64,000 nucleotides of DNA, taken from positions 20,336,001-20,400,000 of the forward strand of contig OZ038378.1 of NCBI GenBank assembly GCA_964036045.1. Direction: 5' to 3'. Below the pieces are notes generated by a model. It had not been told where the DNA came from, ran no database searches, and worked only from the letters and a program-made list of their open reading frames with translations. The position numbers and the translations under genes were made by a program. This DNA is from Eutreptiella sp. 'Long Island Sound 2002' (lineage: Eukaryota > Protista > Euglenida). The stretch's first letter is position 1, and every line of letters starts with the position of its first letter. Below are positions 12,661 to 23,440 of the stretch, one piece after another.

Positions 12661-13345
12661 TTACTGGGAACCAATCATTTCGGTCATACATGTCTCACAT
12701 GCCCACGATCCATGCTTTGGAGGAAACCGAAGCTTGGCACATGACAAGTGGTAAATAGCATGACAAACATCACAAGTCACAGATGCAGCATTCTTCGTAA
12801 TAGGATAGTCACAACAATAGCATTGTTGCTTTTCCTCTTTCACCTGAACTTTGCGAACCTTCGTGGGTGGCCCATCAAACCTAGCAGAGTCAAAAGGAGA
12901 TGGGATGCCTGTGAGATCTTGGCTTGTGGGGGCCTTTGCAGGTGTGGCTTGGGCTACCCATGCACACGAACGATACATCTCACGCTCATATACCATGTTC
13001 TCCTTTTCGCTTAATTGTGTCAAGGGAAAAGTAGCATAGTCCTCCTCCGCTGTGAGATCAATGACCTCGTGCTTTGGAGACGCTGTGTGCACGATTGGGT
13101 TGTTAGCACAAGGCTCCGCCTTGATAGGACTACCAAGAACAACCACAGTCTCAGCTTTAACAGCTTTAAGAGGACTAGCATGGACAACGCAAGGCTCCGC
13201 TTTTGGCTCCTTACAAATTTCCTCGTGAGGCACCTCGAGCTCCTTAGGCTTTTGGTAACGTGCAAGAATCTCGGCGGCTTTTTCAACCCCTTTAAATTCC
13301 TTGTCTTTGCGGTGATATACCAAGAGAATTTTGACTTGAACACCA
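12661..13345 (-). CDS. 5'-truncated ORF ending in a PHD finger
   Basis: C-terminus CYCC...TCDVCHAIYHLSC...GSWACETC fits C4HC3 with the conserved W. The annotated start MPRIS is supplied by the repeat at 13346-13362, so the real start is missing. Confidence 0.75.
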
Positions 13346-13489
13346 ACAGATATCCGTGGCATATGCCCGGGATATCGGCAGATATCCGTGGCATATGCCC
13401 AGGATATCGGCAGATATCCGTGGCTGCTGTATCCCGGGCATATGCCACGGATATCTGCCGATATCCTCGGGCCCTTGCCACGGATATAA
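13346..13489. repeat. Palindromic repeat cluster (right); MITE-like or terminal inverted repeat
   Basis: Two and a half direct 32-bp units (gatatccgtggcatatgccc(g/a)ggatatcggca) followed by an inverted arm ending gccacggatataa. Confidence 0.9.
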
Positions 13490-14227
13490 CTTCAACAATT
13501 GCTTAATCATTGGAGTCGTTATCAGTGAAGAATCAATCCAAAGTGCACCATCCCAACCCGAACCAACCGACATCAGCTTGCTCTTTGCCTTGTCCCGTCC
13601 AACTCCAACTGTGATCTGCAGGTTATGTTCTGACAAAAACTGTTGAGCCTTTTGCTCGTTTTGCTTTTGCATTGTGTACACACCTTGACAACAAACCCCA
13701 AGATATGACCCTTGGATAAGTGGTCAAGCCATCTCACATGAACGGAGCAATCTCGCAAAATAGAAAAATATTACACTGGGGGTGGCAAGAAAGGCTAGTC
13801 TTCCTTTAGACTGTGCGCATCGTGACATGATGCGCATATCGAAACACGGCATGTGAACGAACCTAAAGATGCCCCAATCACTCGCTGCGTTCTACATATT
13901 ATGCTGTATGGACACTGTTGAGCCCGTGCTTTTTGTGCTTTGCATAGTGTACACATGTAATTTTACTAGTTACCACTTTACTACTACTAGCCGAACGCTA
14001 AAGTCATTGCCGAGTAGCTTAAACCTCTAGTGTGTGCGGTCCATGTGGGTTTGGCCTCCCATGATCGCTTAAAGTCGCGATCGCAAGCCTACTGCTTTTG
14101 ATATTCGTGCGAAGAAACGAAAACTCGGGTCGTTCCATCAAGCAAAATAGCTTCCAAAACCGTGCCTTCGCTGTACTTCGTCCCTTTTGATGTTGGCACA
14201 GTCCATGGCCCGGGAGAACTGGTAGGC

Positions 14228-14915
14228 GGGGGGGGGTATTTTTCACGTCCGTGTTGGGCCTGTGTTAACACGACACAAGAGGGGGGTGGGGGGTATTTTT
14301 CACTGCTTGTGTTGGGGCCGTGTTAACACGTCCAATAGTGTTGTGTTGTGTTGTGTCGTGTTGTGTTGTGTTGTGTTGTGTCGTGTTGTGTTGTGTTGTG
14401 TTGTGCCGTGTTGTGTTGTGACGAAAAAATTGTACGACCAAGTGTTGGAGTATTCTGTGGACGACCTGTAGGTTTGTAGGTCTATGTGTCACTTTGCATG
14501 AGCACTCTCGGGGTGCTACGGGCCGCTGAACCCACTATCTTTGGGTGTGTCATAAGTCCACAAGTGGTCTAGCAATTGTTGTTGCACTACCTTTGCATGT
14601 CCCCATTGTCTATATCCACAACACAACACAACACAACACAACACAACACAACACAACACAACACAACACAACACAGCACAACACAACACAACACAACACA
14701 ACACAACACAACACAACACAACACAACACAACACAACACAACACAACACAGCACAACACAGCACGACACAACACAACCCGAAATCTCCGTCTTCTTGTGC
14801 TGCCATGACAAGGGGGGGGGGTATTTTTCGCCTCCGTGTTGGGCCTGTGTTAACACAACATAGGAGGGGGACGGGGGATATTTTTCACCTCCGTGTTGGC
14901 CGGCCGTGTTAACAC
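14228..14915. repeat. Composite element: ~105-bp direct repeats flanking inverted (TTGTG)n and (CACAA)n arms
   Basis: gggggtatttttc...gtgttaacac occurs twice at 14228-14329 and twice at 14812-14915. (TTGTG)n at about 14338-14420, (CACAA)n at about 14618-14776, with about 200 bp of unique core between. Confidence 0.85.
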
Positions 14916-15499
14916 GCCGATTCTCCCCGGTGCATTCTTTTTCGTGTGCTCATGGAGCGTTGGGTACTTTGCGAACGTGCGTTCGCTCCGAGCACAAGGG
15001 AAGGCGGGCCACCACGGGGGTGGCGTGCAAATTTTTTCGCATGGAACATGTTGGTTCTCATGCCGTTTGCTAAATCGGTTTGCCGGAAGGACGAATGATC
15101 CCGTCTATATGTACCGTGTGTTTCCAATGATCGTCACTCTAAATTAGCGATTTCTGCGCGTAGATTGACAAAATGTGGAAGAGGATTTGAAGAGTGGCAT
15201 GAAAACACTTTTGCTTGGTTGAGACGATGGAGTATTATCCGACGGTCGCCATTCGACTCCGAGATGGCGACGAGCAACGTTTCGTATGTCGGCATCGTGA
15301 TAAGGGAGGGGTGCACGGATGGGCTTCAAGGGAAGATGCCATTGCGATGTGTGCGGCCTCCCTCTCCAGCGTCGCTCTTGGGTTGGCCCTCTTTAGTTGT
15401 GCTCTCGGGGGATTTCTCTGTCACGTGCTTGGACACATCCTCCTATGGAAATGTCAGCCATTTCCTTTTAGGGGGGGCATTGGTTCAAGATTTTGTGCG

Positions 15500-16500
15500 C
15501 GCCAACCAAGTGGGGTGGACCGCGCTAGATAATGCAAAAGATGGGGTCACCTTTGTGGTTGGCATGTTGAATTGTGCCTTTGCATGCAAGCCCATCTCAC
15601 GAGTCTAGCTTAAAACTAGGGGATTAGATAAGGGAAGGGACCCGTTTTACCACCTTTCCGCCGAAGAATGTTTTTGCATACTAAGCTACCTCTTGGTGTT
15701 TGGGAGCAAAATGGAGTGCATAAGGTCCCAACCATTAAAATGAACAAAAATTTTCTCATTCTCAGCCCCCTTGGGTATCCCGTGGGCAGCCCACCATTCC
15801 CTTCCCAACAACACTTGCTTGCAACACTCTGATGCAAGCATGAGGCATAATCCTGTTGTTCCACCGTTGGCTCAATGGTTGTCTAATACTTCGAACCGCT
15901 GTTGCACAACCCTATGGGAAGAATCCCCCAATTCCAACGTCCAATTGGTGGAGACAACAACTCTGTGGTAGAGCAAAGCCTACAAGCCCTTGCCTACCAC
16001 AGGGCAGCACTCTACCCCTTGACCCTGCTTGGTGGGGATCTCAGTGGTCCAATGGAAGAGCCTCCCACCCGAACGGCAACAGTACCCATGTCAAGGGTTT
16101 CCCCCGCCACAATTGCAGGCTGATGTGAACAACAAGGTGTCCATGTGCGGAATCCCAAGGCCCCCATACGCAAGCGGAACCCTTGTTTGTGCAGTGGGGA
16201 TGTTTGTTGCAGTTGGCACATCCGTCTGCCCTACCAAAGGCCTGCCAGGGAGTTGGCATAATGGTGGCGACGGTCCCAAGGAGGCGGATTGCACGGTGGC
16301 CGAGGCACCCCAACGGGCGACCCACCAAAGGAGTCGGCACGAGAGAGGGATGGGCAGTTGCTGCACATAAGAGGGGCCTCCCTGGTGCCAGACAAAAGGT
16401 GCTGTGGAGGGCTGCACCCTGAAGGCGCAGGTGCAGTACGAGTCCCTCGATTGTGCAGCCTCGGAAGTCAGGCGGCAGGATTTCTACGCTATCCGCATGT
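15500..16500 (+). mobile_element. Heavily decayed non-LTR retrotransposon reverse transcriptase (tentative)
   Basis: Motifs in RT order across frameshifts: KPISRV, EQNG (15704), LPQGSTLPL (15994-16020), QADV. No intact YADD. Confidence 0.35.
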
Positions 16501-19500
16501 GTGACACGGGGAGATGGCCTGCCGCAGGGTTTGAGAGCCTTACTGAAGGGAGAGTGGGGATGCATGAGGGAGTACGAGTAGAGCAGAACAGGTGAGGAGG
16601 CGCTGGGCATGCGGAAATGGAAGATGCAACCAGAGGGGGGCTGAAAGGGGGCGGCCCTAGGTCTGCAAGCTGTGGGTTGCCAACGACAACCAATGCACGT
16701 GTACGCCTGCGCTCGAGTCGGACAATCGAACAGTGGAGTGCTGCGCCAGAGTCTGCACACGCCAAATACTGGGCGCGTATGAAAAACAGCATCGGGTGCG
16801 GCAGAGGCGACCGCAGGAGGGAGCAGAGTGGGCAGGGGGGGAACAGCAGCGAGAACTACCAGAGATCGAGCCAACATTGGTTAGGCATGGCCTGGCAGAC
16901 CGATGGATGTCCATCTTTCTGCATTTCAAGTGCTACAGGGGGCTCTCCCCTTGGGTATTGGAATTATTGGGCATCGTGTCACTGCTTCATCACATAGTCT
17001 TGTCGGGTTTTGCCAGCATCTTGACAGACCCTTTTGTCAAAATCCGCAAATGCACACAATGCAGGGCTGCCACGCCCACTCTTCTGCTGCGTTACTTGCA
17101 GCTCACGGCTCAGCGGCCCATGAGCACAGAAAAATTAGATTGATCCTCGGACTGCAACTGATGAGTTGAGAATTTGGGGAAGTGACCATTTCACGGTCTC
17201 CCTCCACTCTTTTAAGGCCGAACGGGCTGCTTCCAAAGGGATAGTGGTGTGTGAGGGTAGTGGCACTCTGCAGCTCTGCATTGCCACGGTGGTACTAACT
17301 ACCACCTTGACTCGCGCATGCTTCATGTTAGGAAAGCCCCTTGGCGCGGCAACGCGATATTTCTCAAAGCGTTGCAGAGCTGCTGTCAGGCGAAGAATTC
17401 GGTGTGCACCTCCCCGTTGCGTTCAGCCTACAGATGTTGCAGGCGTTTGCCAACCAGCATTCGGACCGAATGCAGTTTTGCGGTTTGGAATCTTTTTTGC
17501 CAGGGCTTGTTCTCCTTGTTCTCTTGGTGGTCCCCCATCAAGTTGACCGATTCATGACCCCCCACATGTCCCCCAGAATCCTCCTCCCCGTCAAGTCAAT
17601 GCCCTAGCAACCCCTTGCAAGCGCGTAGGAACAACGGTGATGTTCAGGAGTTGGGATCTCAGAATCGGTTCCATTTTTTTGCGAGCCCACCGCAGCATCC
17701 TTTTTTTCGGATGAGAAGATGGTGTTTGAGGCCATGAACGGTCACTGCTGGCCCTCTTGTGTCCCTGTCAACAAACTGCTTGACTAATGGCCCGTTTTGG
17801 GACCAAAATGGATCAGAAATAGGGTCGAGCCCCCAAATACTGCAGTCCTCCGGTGATAGAACAAGCACTCTTAATCAAGTCTGGACACTGGGACCGAGCT
17901 GGTGTGGGACAGGACATCAGGACCCATCTGGCTCGTGCAGCAGTGTTCTTATGCAAAGTGCATCGTGTACCATGTGTAGATTGTGTAGTGCAGTGTGCAT
18001 GATGCAGAATGCCAGCATATGTCCCACCAGCACAATGGGTCTGGGGCCACCGCTGACCCGATTTTCACAAACTTTCGGGTGCCATTCTGCTTTGGGTCTC
18101 GGATGCGGATAGAGGCTTTCATCGTCGGTAGCCTGAGCACCTGAATGCCCCAGATCAGGCCACTTGCTACTTGCTACTTGGTCCCTCACTGGTTCCTGTG
18201 TGTAGCGATCCTGCACTACTTGAAGGGCCAAAATGGTTCTTTTCAGCCCATTTGCAGCCTCTTGTGCCGCACTTTGGCCCACCGAAAAGGGCAAACAACA
18301 CGGCAACGGACATCCCCGCAGGATACCTGCTGGGCGCCGTTCGCCAACAACCGAATCGCAGGAAGGCACGAACAACAGGATCGACTTGAGCCAACAAATT
18401 TGACGGTCCACTGGTCAGGGGGCGTTGAGCCATGAGTGGGCGAAACATCGTGCTGGGGGAGGGGGCGGGATTTCTGGAACGGTGTGTGGGTCCCAGGGTC
18501 GGTTGCCTGGAGCGGACCCCCTTCCCCCGCCCCCGCCCCACCAAGGGGCAGCACTTGTGAGCAGAGGGACAACGGTCCCAATCTCACCTCCCAAACATGC
18601 TCTACCCCACGGGCTGGGGACGCACGGTGGACAATTCCCTCCTGAAAACTGAAACCAGTGCGCGCACCCGGAAGTACCCGGCAGTACCAACCGGCACACT
18701 CAGCACCCCCCCCCCCCCCCCACCACCATCACCATCACCATCACCATCACCAAGCTGAGTGGGAGTGGATTTTCTTGGGGGGATTGGGCTGCCTGCGGCT
18801 TGGGACTCAGGGGTAAAATGGCACATGTGATGTGTTGGGTGTAGTTTGTGGCGCTCTCAGCCACAAACTACTCAGCCAGAAACATGGGCCAGGGGTTGCA
18901 CAGGTACTTCCAATTTCTTTCAAACCACTGAAAGCCGCCTTTGAACTTCCCCGCCACATGAAACAACCACCAGGAATAGAGATGGAGCAGAAAAGGATGG
19001 CGCAAGATGGCACTGAGATTCAGAAAGAGCAAAGCGACAAACACCAAGCAAAAGCCTGCCCCCGTCCCAAATGGTTGAGCCCTGGACCGCCGACCTTGCA
19101 GAGGAGGCGGCTGGACGCAGAAGCTCCCTGGGGCGATGTTCTCCTGATGAGGCGTTTGGATGGAGCTGCGCCGCTCCCCCAGACCGGGTCGTGATCGTCA
19201 TGGCGTCAGGACCTCAGGCCTGGGGGCACCGATGTCCCATTTTACTCTTCACCACCGCAGCATGACACTTTTTGGGGCAGTGTGTGCGTAGGCCAGACCA
19301 TTGTTGGGATGAGTGTTTCGCTGGAAGCGCGCGCCTCTTGCCGCCTCAATGCGCAACCCAATCCCAAGCGCGTGCCTCGCCCCCCCCCCCCCCCTCGTGT
19401 GCCCCGTGCGTGCCTTTCCCCCCCACCCCCTGTGCACCAGCCCCCCCGCCCCCAACTTCCCTCTGGGGCTGCCCCCAGTTCCCTAATATTGTCTCTTCGG

Positions 19501-19979
19501 GTCTACAACGTGCGGTCGGTATCTGCAGTTAGTCGACCGCGTCTGCTTTACCAGACTGTCTCTGCAGACTGCAAAACTGTTGGAAAGCCCCCCTGCCTCA
19601 GGTCCCCCCTGTGCCAAACCCCCCCAGGGCCCAATACGCCAATCCCACTCCGTGCGCCTCATGCGCGCCCACCCCCTGTTCGCCTCATGAAGTGAGGCAC
19701 GCAGTCCCGGCGAGACTTAGGCTGGAACTTGGTCCGCGCTGGTGCTGCATGACGATGGCGCGCCCAGAGGAATGATCACGTTCACAGAGGTATCAATTGG
19801 TCGGGGCGCAGATGTGCTATGTGCAGATACCTACGGCCTCTGATACGTCTTTTTTGGACTCCAATACACCCTTTAGGAGGTGCTGGCGGTCACGCACTTG
19901 TGTTGTGCTCGTTGGGTCACTCTCCATCCTCTGGCCAGCGATTGGCTGTGTGCATCCTGACGATCCATGTGGTTTACAG

Positions 19980-20069
19980 ATTTTGTTTTCGGGGCCCAAA
20001 CGCTGAATGCAGAGGTGTATGAGCTGGCAGGAAGACCCACTGTGCTGGCCAGTCTGAACGGAACCAACG
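19980..20069 (+). CDS. Kinesin motor exon: (D)FVFGAQTLNAEVYELAGRPTVLASLNGTN(G)
   Basis: tttacag acceptor and gt donor; matches the kinesin FDxVFG...EVYE...P.V...LNG.NG segment; phase 1 joins the next exon. Confidence 0.85.
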
Positions 20070-23000
20070 GTTTGTGCTTTCTGCTGCACTACATACCATA
20101 GACCCTCTGCTGTTGCTTCTGCTTTGAGAATCAGGCAGGCAGGCTGGGAAACATTGCCCAATGCTTCATTCCATTCCATGAACGGATTTTGTTGGTGCTG
20201 TGCACATGCACGCTTGTGAGTCGTGGAATTGCAGACGGTCATGTCGTTGCTTGGTTATGCAGTTCTCATGTGGTGTGGAACAACAATGTTGGTGTGATGT
20301 GGACCCAGGCCATTTTGGGAGTTCTACCGAAGTTTTCTTTCCATTTTAGAGTCTCAAGCCTGCTCCTCTTGTACAGGGGGCCCATGCAGGACTGTTGTAC
20401 TATGGTATTGGAGAACCGACTGCATTGTTGGTGGGGTGCTCAATAATTGTGTACGGAGTGTCTCACTGGATTTGCCGTGTCGTTACACAGGGCGCAATCA
20501 GGCCAGGCCCCTGCCTCGTTAGCGCCACCCCCACCCCCTGTGTGCCTCGTCAGTGCGCCCCCCTCTTCCTGTGCACCTCATTAGCACCAAACCCCCCTGT
20601 CCACCAAACCCCTGTGCGTCAAACCCACCAAAATGTGCCAAGCCCCCCCCACCCCCCACCTCCCCCACCTCTGTGCACCTTCCTCACTCGTTTCGCTCGC
20701 TCCATACTTGCCCCCGTGCACTTTCCTCGCTTACTCAAGAGACATGCCCATGTGCACAGGTAAATGACATTAGACGATTGCTGACTAATAGCACACCCCT
20801 TGCGCCTTCTGAGCACCAACCCCCTTGTGCACCTTGTTAGCGCCAATCCCCCCCCCCCCCAGTGGGGACAGAGGAGATCAAGGAGGAACCACATCCAAAG
20901 GAGGAAAGAGACCAAGGGCTGGAGGAAGGGCACCAAAGGGAAGGGAGAGACAAGGAAGAGGGTAGGGTGGGCCCTTTTCCCTTCTTTTCTTCCTTCTACC
21001 CCTTGCTCCTTGTCCCTTCCCTTCCTCCCCTTTCATCCCCCTTTTGCGCTTGTTGTATTGCTGTTGGATATTTGGCCTTGTTCATGTGCTCTTCATCTTG
21101 TCCCCTTGCTGCTCATTTCGCGGACACTAGCACATGTTTGCCGCAATCAAATCTTACTCTCACCCTTTCTTGGTCTTACATGATGCTCTCCACCTCCCCT
21201 CTCTTCCCCTCCAACTTTTGCATGCCTATCAACTTTATCCTCTCCCCCACCCTAATCTAGTACCCTCTTGCCCGCACCACTTCCCTCTCTTTTTCTTGTG
21301 GGGGTCTTCTTTCCTCGTGAACCCCCCCCTTCCTGCTCTTTGTGCTGCTCCACTTGGGCCCCGTGCTTCTCCCTAGACTCATAGTATTATTTTTGCCGCC
21401 ATTGTTGCCGCCGCACTCTTACCTCCTATAACCATTTGGCAAGTCTGGCTTTTCTACGGCTGCATTGCAACACCCCATTGTTGCGGAACGCTTGCTTGGC
21501 TGGGGACGGGTTCGCATTTTTTTTTTGCATTTTTTTTTGCATTTTCGGGGCCACTCTTTTAGTGTGATGTTCAAGAGGAAAATTTTTAGTGTGACCTTGC
21601 ATTTGAACTAAAGTGTAGTCTTAAAGTCAATTACTGTTTGCATATCTGCCCAACAGTACCACTTTCATAGCTTACATTCTTCTTCTTGCAATAGACATGT
21701 TGGATTCTATGCCCTCCACTTCTCCTTGTGAGCCCCATTCTGATGATGGAACCAACACCCTGCCCCGGCGCAAAGTACGTGGTAAGGGGAAAGGTGGTGC
21801 TGGTGCAAAGTATTGCACCATGAGCCCTTGGAAGCGGAAGGAACAATTTCCCGGTCATCTGCTAAGTGTTTGCAGCAATGATCTTGATATCGAAGTTTAA
21901 GTGGTGGTTGAGATGATGAGGAAGAGGGATAAGGCTCGGGTTGAGCGCCTCCTGGAAGCACAGGCAGAGGCTCTACCTCAAAAAGCCGCTATGAGGCAAC
22001 CGAACCTACACTCCACAATTGCTTCACACAACAACAAGAACAAGGCCGCCGATTGGAGGCACAAGTGAGCTGGCATTGGTGACATCCTTCCGAAGCACAA
22101 CGTGTTCTCGATGATCAATCTTCTTTACCGGTCATTGTCTTGAGTTCAAGTGCTGATGCATTCAGCGTGTGGACACTGATGGCCAGAGCGTTTTGGTTTG
22201 GAGACCGTCCCTCCCAATATTGGTGGCACTAGGTGGACAACCCGGTGAGATGGTGCTGATTGGGTGGTCAAGCTATCCAACTATGGGTGAATAGTCGGAG
22301 GCAAGGAATCACGAAACACATCGATACGCCAAGCTCATGGGATTGGGCACCTTGTGGGTTTGGGAAGGGATATGGGGTAGAGGCAATATTGGGGCTCTGC
22401 CCCTTCTTGCCGAGGGAGTAACATCCCTCCTCTTGAACCACAGTAGAAGGGTGTGATTCCCTACCACGCTTTGCATGTTGAGCCGGTTCTGTAGTCTCTT
22501 GAAACGAGCGATGGTGTCAACAAATCAACATGTGTCTTGACAAACATAGGGGTTTGTGGGAGGCATACTCCATTACAAGAAAATCACATTTTTTTGTCGC
22601 ATATTTTGTCGCCTTTTCCGCATTTCCCCGCATTTACTAACCCCCCCCCCCCGTGCCGATATCACTTGGTGCACCATACCACTCCCTCCTTGGCCCTCAA
22701 TGGCCACAGTACAATCTACATGCATACTTGGGGCTCCATGTTTTAGACCACGCTTCTGGGCCCACTGTGCTTGCCCTTCCGTTGTCACTTATGCTTCACT
22801 CTCGTTGTCCTGGTTCCATTTGTGGCTTTCCTCTTCCACGTTTGCTCCTCCCACCGGGCCCAACCACCGGGCCCACCATTTTTCTCCTTCCCACCTCCAC
22901 ACAACACCCTTCCTCCATCCCCGCCACTACCAGTGGCACTTCCTCTCACATACCTGCCATGTGTTTGTGATATTGGTGCACCTCCCCCGGCTTCTTTCTC

Positions 23001-23120
23001 TAGATTGCTACACACTTGCTTGCCACCTCCTTTGCCCAAGGCCGTAGTGGTGTAGGCCTTCAAGCCACCTTCCTCTAGGGCACTTGCCACCCCTTCTTCT
23101 GGTTGGGGAGAGGTCCAACA

Positions 23121-23440
23121 TTAGACCACTCCCACCGCCAAGCTCTTATCTAGTACGATGGACCACAATGTTTGGTCTATTGTGTTGAGGGTGCACAAGT
23201 TAGACAAGTTAGACAATACCGGCTCATATCCTTGATGTGTGTGTATCCAACCCACTAGTTGTCCTCCTAACCCTGCACCCCAACTCATCACTTCCGCTAA
23301 TTCCGTGTTTCCCACCACACATTGTGTATGTGTAACCCCCCTACCTTGACTCTACTCCCTATCTTCTTGCCCTACATCTCCTTTGCTTGTCCCGCTACTT
23401 CCAATACTGCTTGGTTCCATTTCACCGGTAGGTCCTCTTG
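23121..23440 (-). pseudogene. JAB/MPN (JAMM, AMSH-like) metalloprotease remnant inside a kinesin intron
   Basis: AKEM*GKKIG...LHIHNV, frameshift, then GNTELAEV...QLVGWIHTHQGYEPVLSNLSNLCT, comparable to AMSH ETCG...ITHV...GWIHTHPxxxxxLSxxD. One stop, one frameshift, and a 9-bp duplication (tctaacttg) where the Asp ligand should be. Confidence 0.65.

Noticed and set aside
17659-17868. WGLDPISDPFWSQN, resembling the DIRS methyltransferase-like domain
   Set aside because: Spacing is off and no supporting RT, RNase H or tyrosine recombinase motifs were seen nearby.
18600-19979. Search for the 5' kinesin exons (VxVRxRP) and start codon
   Set aside because: Candidates at 19281, 19720-19788 and 19826-19878 gave stops or phase conflicts with the 19980 acceptor; left uncalled.
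20860-21400. Abrupt purine-rich to pyrimidine-rich switch at about 20970
   Set aside because: The halves are not reverse complements or mirror repeats on inspection; treated as low-complexity DNA.
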